NCBI RefSeq assembly: GCF_006345805.1
Contig: NW_021828040.1
Coordinates: 1-36,041 of the forward strand
Direction of reading: 5' to 3'
DNA: 36,041 nt
Origin: Octopus sinensis
Taxonomy: Eukaryota
Below are positions 11,734-22,897 of the stretch, one piece after another; positions within the stretch are counted from its first letter, which is position 1, and each line of letters starts with the position of its first letter. Position numbers and translations under genes: made by a program. The notes below the pieces were generated by a model. The model had not been told where the DNA came from. It searched no databases and was given only the letters and a program-made list of their open reading frames with translations.

Positions 11734-12643
11734 CAGGGTGTCCATAAAGTCTCTTTACCATTTAAAGAATTATTACAAAGGCAGTTATTAAAATATTTTA
11801 ACCAGATTTGTTTCGTTTTAATAATTGTTTATTAATGTTTTTATTGATATTAAATTTTTGTGCTTCAGATACTCTGTTGATGGGAGGGAACTGGTTCACT
11901 GAACCCCTATAAAATGGTTACTCCTCATGAAAAGGCACAATGTGTATCCTGGTTTATTGAAACAAAATCGGATGTTCAGAAAATCTGAGAATCTGGGGAT
12001 CAGAACACCCCCATGTGACTAGGGAGCTTCAACGAGATAGTCCAAAAGTGGGTGTGTGGTGTGGAATCATGTGCAATCGAATAATTGGTCCATTTTTCTT
12101 CAACGAGACAAGAAATACTGCAGATGTTTACCTCGACCTTCTGACCGAATATGTGGCACCACAACTGATTGATTTACAACCAACCATCATTTTCCAGGAA
12201 GATGGTGCACCACCACATTGGGGACGGCATGTTCGTCAGTTCCTCAATCAAACATTTCCAGACCGATGGATTGGAAGGGATGGGCCAGTTCCATGGCCAT
12301 CGCGTTCGCCAGATGTCACCCCCTTGGATTTCTTTTTATGGGGTTATGTAAAAGATATCGTGCATCAAACAAAGACACGGGACATTGCTGACTTGAAGCA
12401 AAGGATTCGTAATGCCATTGCCACCGATGATGAGGCTATCCTACAGCGAACTTGGCAAGAAATCGAGTACCGTCTTGATGTGCTTCGAGCAACTAATGGT
12501 GCCCATATTGAAGTCTATTAAATAACAATTAAAAAAAACTTTAATAAACAATTATTACAATAAAACAAATCTGGTGAAGATATCTTGTCAACTGCCTTTG
12601 TAATAAAATTTTAAAATTGTAAAGAGACTTTATGGACACTCTG
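11734..12643 (+). mobile_element. Internally deleted Tc1/mariner element, DD41D (rosa/Visitor) type, ~110-bp TIRs, TA target duplication
   Basis: Left end ta|cagggtgtccataaagtctctttacca; right end tgtaaagagactttatggacactctg|ta. Inner TIR parts (ttattacaaaggcagtt / aactgcctttgtaataa) also match. Confidence 0.95.
11914..12521 (+). pseudogene. DD41D transposase remnant: N-terminal 22 aa joined out of frame to the C-terminal catalytic region
   Basis: MVTPHEKAQCVSWFIETKSDVQ (11914-11979), then NLRIWGSEHPH...QEDGAPPH...SPDVTPLDFFLWGYVKD...HIEVY*. I count 41 residues between the D of DGAPPH and the D of PLDF. Confidence 0.9.
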
Positions 12644-12984
12644 TATTTCCATTCATACATTCATACATTCATGCATCCATGCTTGCACACACACATCTAT
12701 ATATTGTTATGTTTGTGTGTGTGTATGTGTGTGTATTTATACATATATATACATACATATGTATGTGTGTGTGTGCGTGTGCGTGTGTGTGTGTGCATAT
12801 ATATTTAGAAAAGGAGGAGGAGGAGGAGAAATTACCATGACCTGTGGATTGTCCTATTCTAGGTTGAATGAAGATGGCGTCGACGAGACGTGTTTGAGAA
12901 ATACTGGAAGCAAGATCCTTTCATTTCTTTTCTTTTATTTTGTAATTGTTATATAGTATTTATTGTAATGACTTCCTGTTAACC

Positions 12985-13107
12985 TCCTCCTCCCTTCTTC
13001 TTCTTCTTCTTTTCTTCTTCTTCTTCTTCTTCTTCTTCTTCTTCTTCTACTTCTCTCTCCTCCTCCTCCTCCTCCTCCTCCTCCTCCTTCTTCTTCTTCT
13101 TCTTCTT
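12985..13107. repeat. (CTT)n/(CCT)n polypyrimidine tract
   Basis: Directly visible. Confidence 0.9.
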
Positions 13108-13120
13108 GACAGATTCATTA

Positions 13121-13360
13121 GTATTTCGTCTGCCGTTCTGAGTTCAAATTCCGCCGAGGTCGACTTTGCCTTTCATTCTTTCGCGGTCGATTAAATAAGT
13201 ACCAGTTACGCACTGGGGTCGATATAATCGACTTAATCTGTTTGTCTGTCCTTGTTTGTCCTCTCTGTGTTTAGCCCCTTATGAGTAGTAAAGAAATAGG
13301 TATTTCCTCTGCGTTACATTCTGAGTTCAAATTCCGCCGAGGTCGACTTTGCCTTTCATC
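13121..13360 (+). mobile_element. SINE family B, long-tail variant plus partial second unit, cut at 13360 by the RTE insertion
   Basis: gtatttcgtctgccgttctgagttcaaattcc...gtagtaaagaaatagg|tatttcctctgcgttacattctgagttcaaattcc...gcctttcatc. Confidence 0.9.
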
Positions 13361-13453
13361 AAATAAGATTTGATCGGTGCAGCATCGATTTGGACGGAAA
13401 CTACACTGGTTTGGTCTTGTTCTAGAGTCACATTCTGATTGGAATCGTCTCAG
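13361..13453 (-). mobile_element. Inverted upstream segment of the adjacent RTE LINE
   Basis: Minus strand reads LRRFQSECDSRTRPNQCSFRPNRCCTDQILF, matching the non-LTR RT motif R.....R..Q.GFRPGR.C.DQIF. Confidence 0.8.
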
Positions 13454-14497
13454 ATGCTGCATTCGACTCCGTCGATCGTGACACCCTCTGGAAAGTCATG
13501 CAGGCAGATGGTATCCCACCTAAACTTCTCAATCTTATCAAAGCTTATTACCGCTCAACAAGATTCCGCGTACGCGTGTATGGTGAAGGGTCGGAACCCT
13601 TCGAAATACGGTCTGGCGTTCGGCAAGGACGTGTTCTTTCGCCAACTCTTTCCAATTACTCCATCGACTGGATCACCACAAATGCATTAAGGGAGTTCCC
13701 CGGTATCACTGTTGGTCACAACTTTTCCGTCAAGGATCTAGACTACGCAGATGACATTGCGATACTTGATGAAACATTTGCTTACATCCAGTTTGCTATC
13801 AATGAGCTCCAGCGTGTTGCATCACAGATTGGTATGAAAGTCAATGCCTCGAAGACCAAAATCCTCGCAGCCGGCTTTGCCCCACCAGACAAAACACCCA
13901 TTGTCCTCAATGGTGATATTCTTGAAGAGGTTGAGAGTTTCAAATACCTTGGCGCCATCATTACAGCTACAGGTCAAAGTGAGGCTGACATTAAAACACG
14001 AATCGACCTCACTCGCCAAGCCTTCAACCGACTCAGTGCACGACTCTACTCAAGATCTGAGATCCGACGCACCACCAAAGTACAGATCTACCAAGCACTA
14101 GTGCGAACGATTCTCCTTCACGGCAGCGAGTCATGGCCAATGAGGGTGGAAGATATTAAGCGACTAGAATACTTCGATCACCTCTGTCTACGCCGCATCC
14201 TTCGTGTCCGATGGCATCACTTTGTCTCCAACAATTCGATGCGACACCAGTGCAGAATCACCTCCCACCGACAAGTCATCCTAATGAGACATCTACGTTG
14301 GTTGGGTCATGCCCTCCGTCGTCAACCAGGGGAATTCATCTACGAAGCAATTGCCCCAACTTCCCTTCAGGGTTGGCGAAAGCGATGTGGTGGACAACGA
14401 AAAACTTGGCTGATGACAGTCAAGGCTGATCTGGAACCCAACCTAGGTCTCCATATCTACGCCGTTCGCCGCTGGAATAAGGAGTGGTTGGAGATCA
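13454..14497 (+). mobile_element. RTE-clade LINE reverse transcriptase fragment (5'-truncated; 3' end lost)
   Basis: Stop-free frame 13456-14497: AAFDSVDRDTLW, GVRQGRVLSP, DLDYADDI (13741-13758), VESFKYLG, YQALVRTILLHGSESW, LRWLGHALR, GGQRKTW. Visibly more GC-rich than its flanks. Confidence 0.95.
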
Positions 14498-14745
14498 CGC
14501 GGTCGTTGGAAAGTTTCTCATTTGGTTTATTGTAGGACGGAGTCCAGGTGAATAGAAACATCTAAAAAAATCGACTTTGGACAGATTAGGGGTAACAGTG
14601 ATTTTAAGGCCTAATTGACGAAAGTTATGAATGAGATTTTTCCTAAATTTATCCAGAGTATGACCATCACCGCCATAAGATATTTCCAACCCCTCGTCCC
14701 GGTATAAACCAATATCGCAAGATAGGAACTTGATTCTCGAATGTC
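14498..14745 (-). mobile_element. Penelope-like element RT fragment
   Basis: Minus strand reads IGLYRDEGLEISYGGDGHTLDKFRKNLIHNFRQLGLKITVTPNLSKVDF, then after a frameshift LDVSIHL...PYNKPNEKL. Matches the PLE motifs GLYRDDGL, GLKIT...N...V.FLDV and PY.KPN. Confidence 0.85.
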
Positions 14746-15129
14746 GATCTCACTGGATCAGAGAAGCCATGCGCTCTGTCCCTTCTTTTATATCCAGCGA
14801 AGAAAACAAAAGCGAAATAAATAACATTATGATGATGATAATATTAAAGCTTATAGTTATCGTATTTGTGGAAGTGATGACAGCTGTGATGTTGATGGTT
14901 ACGAGAGCTGGGATACAGAGTTGTTATTTAACCACAGGTCAGTCGTTGTTGAGGAGGCTTACATTCAGGGAACTTATGCCATGACCATCTAAAACCATCT
15001 AGGAAAATATTGGATAATATGTCCTTGCTTTTCTGAAAACTGTAAGATGTGATTTGAGGGAATTTTTTTGCTATTTCTAGCAGTCAAACGACTGCATTAA
15101 ATTTCACCTTTTTTTTGTTTGTTTTATAT

Positions 15130-15750
15130 TGATATTGGTTATTAAAGTGATGGTTGCTATGATGATGATGATGATGACGACGACGATGATGATGATGATA
15201 GCGGTGGTGGTTACATTGGTGTTAGTGGTCGTCGTGTTAATGATGACGATGACGATGGAAGTGACGGTGGTGGTGGTGGTGGTGGTGATAGCGAAGACGC
15301 TTGTTGTACTTGCTGTTGTAATGGCGGTGGTGGCGATGGCATTCGTGTTAGTGGTAACGATGGTGATGGTTGTGGTGGAGGCGGTGTGTCAGCGTTGAGG
15401 TACCGGTGTCCCCGCCTCCCAGACCAAAACTTGTTATATTTTCCACAAAACCCCTGGCCCCTATGACGCCTGCTTTCTACATCGCTACTAACTCGTCTAT
15501 TGTTTGTTACCGTGTCATTCTTATTGTCGCCGTCGTCGTCGCCGTCATCATCCACGCTGTCAGTGTTGTTGTTGTTGTTGTTGTTGTTGGTTGTTGTTGT
15601 TGGTTGTTGTTGTCTTCTCAGTTCTGCTTGATCTCGTCCTTCTTGTCGTATTCCTAACTGTTGCTCTTGTCTTCCTAATCGTTGCTGATCTTGTTCTTAC
15701 TGTTGTTGTCAATGTTTTCTTGCCACTTGTGTTGTTGTTGTTGTTGTTGT
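15130..15750. repeat. (GAT)n/(GGT)n/(GTT)n low-complexity block
   Basis: Directly visible. Confidence 0.85.
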
Positions 15751-15850
15751 GCTAAATACTTTCTCATTTGTTTTCCCTTTGTGTAACGAGGATGTAAAAC
15801 ATGACAAACTTATTCTCTTTCTGTTGTTTTTTTGCTGCCGATATATAATT

Positions 15851-16302
15851 TTGCCGGACGAAATGCTTAGCGGTGTTTCGCCGACGCTCCGTTCTGAGTA
15901 CAAATTCCGCCGAGGTCGACTTTGCCTTTCGTCCTTTCGGGAACGATAAAATAAGTACCTATTTCTTTATTACCCACAAGGAGCTAAACACAGAAGGGAC
16001 AAACAAGGACAGACATAGATATTAAGTCGATTACATCGACCCCAGTGAGTAACTGGTACTTAATTTATTGACCCTGAAAGGATGAAAGGCAAAGTCGACC
16101 TCGGCGGAATTTGAACTCAGAACGTAACAGCAGACGAAATACCACTTAGCATTTCGCTCGGCGTGCTAACGCTTCTGCCAGCTCGCCTCGATAAAATAAG
16201 TACCAGTTGAACACTGGGGTTGATATAATTGACTCATCCCCTCCCCCAAAACTGCTTTCCTTCTGGCAAAAATTTGAAACTATTATTATTTTTATTATTA
16301 TT
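15851..16302 (+). mobile_element. SINE family B host copy, interrupted by a nested copy
   Basis: 5' part 15851-15957, resumes at 16189 (cgataaaataagtaccagttgaacactgggg...tttgaaactattattatt). Confidence 0.9.
15958..16188 (-). mobile_element. Full-length SINE family B long-tail variant, nested, with 14-bp TSD
   Basis: Reverse complement runs from head ggcgagctggcagaagcgttagcacgcc to tail ...taataaagaaatagg. TSD cgataaaataagta at 15944-15957 and 16189-16202. Confidence 0.92.
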
Positions 16303-16883
16303 GAGTGAGCGAGTAGAGCATGCCATCAAAGTGACACTGGGGTAAAATATACGAAGCCCAATATACCCATCATGACTACCCGTCTGATAAGGGTACACCA
16401 GGCACATGCATCACAACCATATGTGCGCAACATGGTGATCTCATATCAAGATAAACAGCACATGACCTTGCAGGTGGAGCCCAGTTAGAATTTTCTTCAG
16501 ATCGAGTAACCCATCCCGCTCAAAAGGTCCCTGAATAAGGGTTGTTTAAGGACGTTGAACGAAACACCCATGTTTCCAGAGGTGAATTATTCAAACCCCA
16601 AAGAATCCTTCTCAACACATGGCTATGATGCTCCCCCACTACTTCTGCTCGTGATCAGAGATGCACATATCGTCAGCCACTAAGGGACATGCTCAACTGG
16701 TTAAGGTCAAACAACTGACAAGCAAATCTGTGGTATTGAGCAGAATATTTGCTGTAGCCCATCTTTTATACCAAGACAAAACAATGTACATGATAACACT
16801 TCCAATCAGTTAAGATCAGAAGCCATGAGAGCCACTGCCTGGTACTGCATCACGGCATTTATGGTACTGCATCAGGGCATTTA
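16303..16883 (-). mobile_element. ~555-bp (AAT)n-embedded non-coding element, copy 1
   Basis: Reverse complement of 33835-34389 over its full length; flanked by (TTA)n on both sides. Confidence 0.9.
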
Positions 16884-16913
16884 TACTTATTATTATTATT
16901 ATTATTATTATTA

Positions 16914-16949
<36 letters not shown>

Positions 16950-16957
16950 CATATGCC

Positions 16958-17093
16958 TTATTATTAAAGCTGCAAAAATTTAACAAAAAATATCACAGAA
17001 AACTGCTACTCAGAGTTTCCCGTTCCCGTTCGTCGGGCAGTTGTGATCCAAAATGTGATATTTTTTGTCATGTTTTCGCAGCTTTAATAATAA
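16958..17093. repeat. Inverted repeat, 40-bp arms with 4 mismatches and a 56-nt spacer
   Basis: ttattattaaagctgcaaaaatttaacaaaaaatatcaca ... tgtgatattttttgtcatgttttcgcagctttaataataa. Confidence 0.85.
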
Positions 17094-17493
17094 AGCATAT
17101 TACTCTACCTCCGGTATTCGAGTACTGTTTTCCTCACCTTGATTTACATTTCTGTGCTTACTTTGGCACACAAAAGTACGTATAGGAAAAAACCCACATC
17201 TTTAATTGTAGAATTCACCTTACAAAGCCGACAATCGTTTCTACTGTATTAACATGTTTAGCTATAGAAAATATAATTGAAATTAATATTTCCGGAAATT
17301 CATGTTAATACAACTTGTTCAAGGCGATTCAAAATTAGAGAGATTCAAAGTGAACAAAGGAAATATTTGCTCTTCACATTAAAGACGTGAATTTTTCTAA
17401 ATGTATTTTTGATGTCGAATTCACTGAATTTCTGGAAATTCTTCCAAATGGTATTTGGATCTCTGTGTTGTACATGAGGATTTACTTTGGATG

Positions 17494-17787
17494 CTCTTTT
17501 GCTCTTTTACTTGTTTCGGTCATTTGACTGCGGCCATGCTGGAGCACCGCCTTCAGTCGAGCGAATCGACCCCAGGACTTATTCTTTGTTAGCCTAGTAC
17601 TTATTCTATCGGTCTCTTTTGCCGAACCGCTAAGTTACAGGGACGTAAACACACCAGCATCGGTTGTCAAGTGATGTTGGGGGGACAAACTCACACACAC
17701 ACAAACATACACACACTCAGGCTCACACACACACATATATATATACATATATAAGACATGTTCTTTCAGCTTCTGTCTACCAAATAC
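17494..17787 (-). mobile_element. SINE family A, 5'-truncated, internal microsatellite ~17692-17752
   Basis: Reverse complement of the 3' half, then (CA)/(TA), then ttctttcagcttctgtctaccaaat (core end). Confidence 0.9.
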
Positions 17788-18464
17788 TTTTCACATCTCT
17801 AATTTGATTTAACATTTATTTACACCGTCCTCTTCTGGACCTACGCACGTTTCAACTGCTTCGACTGCACATTTTTGGATATGCAGCCTGGTCATTTCGA
17901 AATAAATCTGAAGAAATCAGCTGAGTGGATAAAGTGTTTTTAGAAGGTATGGGTGCTACTATTTATAGTTGTAGGAATCTTGACCGAAGGCTCATCTCTA
18001 CTAAATGTGGTAGATGAAATGAAACATTGTCCTAAAAATAGGACAAGGTTAGATTGTAGGTTTATGTAGATTTATCATTACTACTAGAAGTTTACCATTC
18101 CACTCATTTCAAAGAGAATATTCTTCGTTTAGAGGTATTCAATTAAGCTTGATTTTTATTTTGGTTCTTGCTTTCACAATTATTATTTTAATAATTTGAA
18201 AGATTGTAACAAAATATATTTAATTGGATGGGATATTATTAGTAAGGTTAAACGTCATGGAATACGGGGTAAAAGATGCGGCTCATGCGTAGAAGAAATG
18301 TACCAAATTTTCACTTCTAAATTTATTCTAATAAACACGAGACAAGAACGTGCTCTAAGATGTCTTCATGCAAGAAAATTTACATTTAAACAATTCAAAT
18401 AAACACATTACAATATATATAATGATAAAAATTATTAGAGAAACAATTGTTATTAGAATAACAA

Positions 18465-18590
18465 TTTCGGTCACAAACTATGGGTCGACCCGAAGCTTTG
18501 AAAGGATACTTGGCGAAGACCACACGTTGTGGGATCGAAATAGATATCTCACGATTGAGAAGCTAACTCCTTACCTAATCGTCCATACCG
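18465..18590 (-). mobile_element. Highly diverged SINE family A head
   Basis: Reverse complement ...ggtaaggagttagcttctcaatc...ttcgatcccacaacgtgtggtcttcgccaagtatcc...gggtcgaccc aligns loosely to 2473-2600. Confidence 0.5.
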
Positions 18591-18594
18591 CTTT

Positions 18595-18687
<93 letters not shown>

Positions 18688-18689
18688 CT

Positions 18690-18726
<37 letters not shown>

Positions 18727-18736
18727 TTGTATGTCG

Positions 18737-18772
<36 letters not shown>

Positions 18773-19059
18773 TTCTGTCTGTCAGTCTATATGTCTGTTC
18801 GTCTGTCCGTCTTCTACAAGCACATATAAAGAGAGACAAAGAAAGAGAGAGAGAGAATGCGAGGGGTAGAGAGTGAAATGGGCAGATAGATACACACATA
18901 GATACACAAACTCATATGCACACACACATAATGCGTGTGTGTATGCCTATATATTCATGTTCGGGCTTTTATTTCAGAATATTGTAAGTGCCTCTGGGTG
19001 TTTGCTCATCTCTTTGTTTGTTGCTTGTGTGTGCGCGCGCGATTGTGTGTTTGTGTGCG

Positions 19060-19106
<47 letters not shown>

Positions 19107-19130
19107 CATATATACGTTTATGTGTATATA
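18595..19130. repeat. (TATC)n, (GTCT)n, (GA)n, (CA)n and (TA)n microsatellites
   Basis: Directly visible. Confidence 0.9.
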
Positions 19131-19657
19131 TATGTGATTGTATATGAGAGTGTGTAGGTGTGCGACCCTATAGGTTTTCGGTTTTCATGTACGTAGTTTG
19201 CGTAGGTGAGTGGTCGCTGCTTGTCACATTGTCTGTGCACGTCCACCCACGTGACTTCCCTTTGATTGTAATGGTGGGTGGTTACGGAGACCCAGTTCGC
19301 CCCTCCGCCTCTCCCCCACTTCACTCAGTCCGAATCTTATAATCATTCATTGTTCGCTCTATTGTCTTGTGTGATGACAAACTTGTCTTTCTCCTTGTCA
19401 CTCAAGTACACAACAGGGGTCAGCAGCTACGCAGTGTAAGGAGCCTCCACATAGTCGCTCGATTTGCTAGAATCAGCAACCAAATGCCACTTAAGCCTCA
19501 CCGTATCCTCTTGGGAAATTAACGATGAATAATGTAATCGTATATATTGTATGTTTGAATAAATGATGGAATGTTTTGGGGTGGGCCATGTTAGGTCATA
19601 ACACTGTCTTGTCTGTAAGATATGACCTTGGTTAAGTAATAAAAAGACAAGGTGAAT

Positions 19658-19955
19658 GCGCGTGGTTTAGTGGTTAGAGTGTTAGAGTTCGATGCCTAGC
19701 GGAGATTTGTGTTCTTTGCCAAGATACTTTATTTCTCGTTCCTCCAGTCAACTCAGCTGGCAAAAATGAGTTGTGCTTGTAATTCAAGGGGCCAGCTTTG
19801 ATGCTTCCTGTGTCACAGTGAGTATCCCCGAGAACTATGCCAAGGGTACCCGTGTCTGTGGATTGCTCAACCATTTGTAGGTTAATTCCACGAGCAGGCT
19901 GTTCCGTTGACCGGAACAACTGGAGCCCATGTCGTCGTAACCGACGAAGAACCAG
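19658..19955 (+). mobile_element. tRNA-derived SINE family C-related copy
   Basis: gcgcgtggtttagtggttagagt...gagttcgatgcc...tttgtgttctttgccaagatactttatttc...cagtcaactcagctggcaaaaatgagt shares head and core with 3061-3280. Confidence 0.7.
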
Positions 19956-20199
19956 TTAAAAACCAAAATCGACTGTAGAATATTTCAGCCAATGGTGGTG
20001 GTTGGGTGAGAGACTTTATGTGGTAGAACGATCTGCTAGAAATAGCAGCCAAATTTATTCTCAAATAATGATATGGAATTTTGGGAAAAGCGAATTACAT
20101 TTTCAATAATATATTCCTAGAAGGATAAAAAAATGATAGAGATGGAAAGTCTGCCGAGGCAGAGATGACCCAGGATTAAAACACCAAGCATAACATCAC

Positions 20200-20400
20200 C
20201 CACCACCACCACCACCAAAACCACCACCACCACCACCACCACCACCACCACCACCACCACCACCACCACCACCACTACCACTACCACTACCACGACGACG
20301 ACAACGACGACGACCACCACCACCACCACTACCACGACGACGACGACCACCACCACCACTAACACCACTGCCATCACAATCACCAAAAATAACAACCCGC
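20200..20400. repeat. (CCA)n/(CGA)n/(CTA)n tract
   Basis: Directly visible. Confidence 0.9.
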
Positions 20401-21007
20401 AACAACAAACATAATCTTAGTTATTTGGTGCCGTTTACCATTTTGGAGTTACCAAATGCCTACCTCTACAGCCGTCTTCTTATGCGCACTCATCACCATG
20501 ACATCCTCCACTCACCACATACCTCCTCTCACTTCAGTCACCATCATATCTACATATCACATCTTATTACATATTTTCGTCACCAAATTACTAGCCCCAC
20601 CCCCACTCTTCACCACATTTAACACCTATCGTGGTACAATATATTATGCAATGACCAAAACTCACATCGCGACTCTCTTCACTTCCCCGTTCTTTCTATG
20701 CTCACGGTTACATTACCCGTGCTCAACCTCACACTGTCCCAATTTATTCAGATTCTAGCACAACATCCGAATTCCTAACCTCCATACTCCCCCCCTTCAC
20801 AATAAGCGACCCTCACACAGCACTGTCCTTTTCCTATTAATCCAAACACTAGTGACCCTCAAGATCGTATTATGCTCATTCCCCTTCACACTGTCCCCAC
20901 TTATATTCTCTATCACAACACCTGAACTCTTAATACACTCCACTCCTTTGTTACCTTACATACAACCCATATATCACCATACTTTCCATACTTAACCATT
21001 ATTTTAG

Positions 21008-21250
21008 TCCCACTCACCGTCATATTACCCACACTCACCCTCACATCTACCGCACTCACCCTCAAACTCCCTACATTCACCATCACAGAACACACACTCA
21101 CCGTCATATTACCCACACTCACCATCACACAATCCATACTCACCGTCATATTACCATCATTCATTATCACTAACCCACACTCATCCTCATATTACCCATA
21201 CTCATAATAATCAACCCACACTCACCGTCATATTACCCTCACTCACCACA
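21008..21250. repeat. Degenerate ~21-nt minisatellite (cacactcaccgtcatattacc)
   Basis: actcaccgtcatattacc recurs at about 21013, 21097, 21140 and 21220, with degenerate units in between. Confidence 0.75.
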
Positions 21251-21704
21251 ACACCCGAACCCTCAATCACCATGACTCAATTCCTTTATTACAAACTAGC
21301 CTCACTTCTCGATAAACATCTTTGACTCATCACTCCAGTACTACACTCTATACCACATAAGCTACACTCAAAACCATACAACCCACCCTCATCCCCACCA
21401 CCTATAATTACTACAACACTTACCACTGTACATCATTCGACCTCATCTTGCTACTCACACCGTCCCCCACCTCTATCACCTCACCATGCCCACACTCATC
21501 CCTCAGCCAACACTCACACGACACACATGGCCACTCCCCCCACCCCTAGAACATTCCACACTCGACAACCTTTCCACCGTCCTCCACCCTCCACCCGCCA
21601 CCCTCCACTGACACTTTCAGCAATCCCTTCCGGTTCTTCAAGTTTTACTCCCTTATCTTCTTACGCAACATTCCTCTACCCAATCAACTGCCCCACCCCT
21701 TCTT

Positions 21705-21804
21705 TCAACAACAACAACAACAACAACTACTCCTACTACTCCTACTCCTACTACTACTCCTACTACTACTACTACCACTACTACTACTACTCCTACTACT
21801 ACTA

Positions 21805-21856
<52 letters not shown>

Positions 21857-22260
21857 AAACTTCAATAAAGTTGATAAAATTCTCTCGAGGTTTTCTTTGT
21901 TTTATTCGTTATTCGTGTTCTGCCTTCATCCTCCGCTTGCAACCACCACCAACACCCACACAAGCACCTGCACCACCACCACCACCACCAATAACAACTG
22001 CAGCAACATCACCGCTGCCACCATCCTCTTCATCATCATCATTATTGTCTTCGTTATCATTATTGTCGTTGTTGTCGCCGTGCACGTGCTCATAATCATC
22101 ATCATCTTCATCATCACTATCATGATAATCACCATCACCACTACCACTACCACCACCACCACCACTACCACCAAAACCACAACCACTACCACCAACACAT
22201 CCACTACCATCACCACAAACACTACTACTGCTACAAGCATCACACCACAATCAATACCAC
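21705..22260. repeat. (CAA)n, (CTA)n, (CCA)n and (CAT)n tracts
   Basis: Directly visible. Confidence 0.9.
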
Positions 22261-22581
22261 CACCTCCAATACTACCATCGCCATACCTCCACTTGCACCC
22301 TCGCCCTCACGATCAATATTACAGAAGCACACCTACCTCACGCACCCATACATACACACATACATGCCACATACTGGTCGTATTTTTGTGCCAGTCACAT
22401 GACATAATTTTCTTCTATCAGCAGTTTTTCCAAGAAATAAATTAGTTGACTTAGATTTCCTTTTAGAGGCATAAAACATGATTCATCGAAAGGGGATGAA
22501 GTTTCAGACCCAAGTTAGAGATTCTTTCCTTGGATTCGAACTCTCGACATTTGCTTTACCATTGATATTTCTGTCTTCTGT

Positions 22582-22897
22582 AAGGTAGCAAGCTGGCAGA
22601 ATCATTAGCACACTGGACGAAATGCTTAGCGGTATTTCACCCGTCGATACGTTCTGAGTTCAAATTCCGCTGAGGTTGACTTTGCCTTTCATCCTTCCGC
22701 GGTCGATAAAATAAGTACCAGTTACACACTGGGGTCGATGTAATCGACAAATTCCCTCTCCCAAAACCTCAGGTCTTGTGCCTATAATAGATATGATAAT
22801 CGTTATCACGCCGGGAAAAATTCTTAGCGGTGTTTCGTCTGTCTCTACATTCGAAGTTCAAATTCTGTCGAGACTGACTTTGCATTTCATTCTTTCG
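22582..22897 (+). mobile_element. SINE family B full copy (22582-22800) followed by a partial second copy (22808-22897)
   Basis: agctggcagaatcattagcac...gagttcaaattccgctgagg...aagtaccagttacacactgggg...gtgcctataatag; then acgccggg...gaagttcaaattctg. Confidence 0.88.

Noticed and set aside
14498-14535. Last 12 codons of the 345-aa ORF as part of the RTE protein
   Set aside because: Read-through into the antisense Penelope fragment; not RTE sequence.
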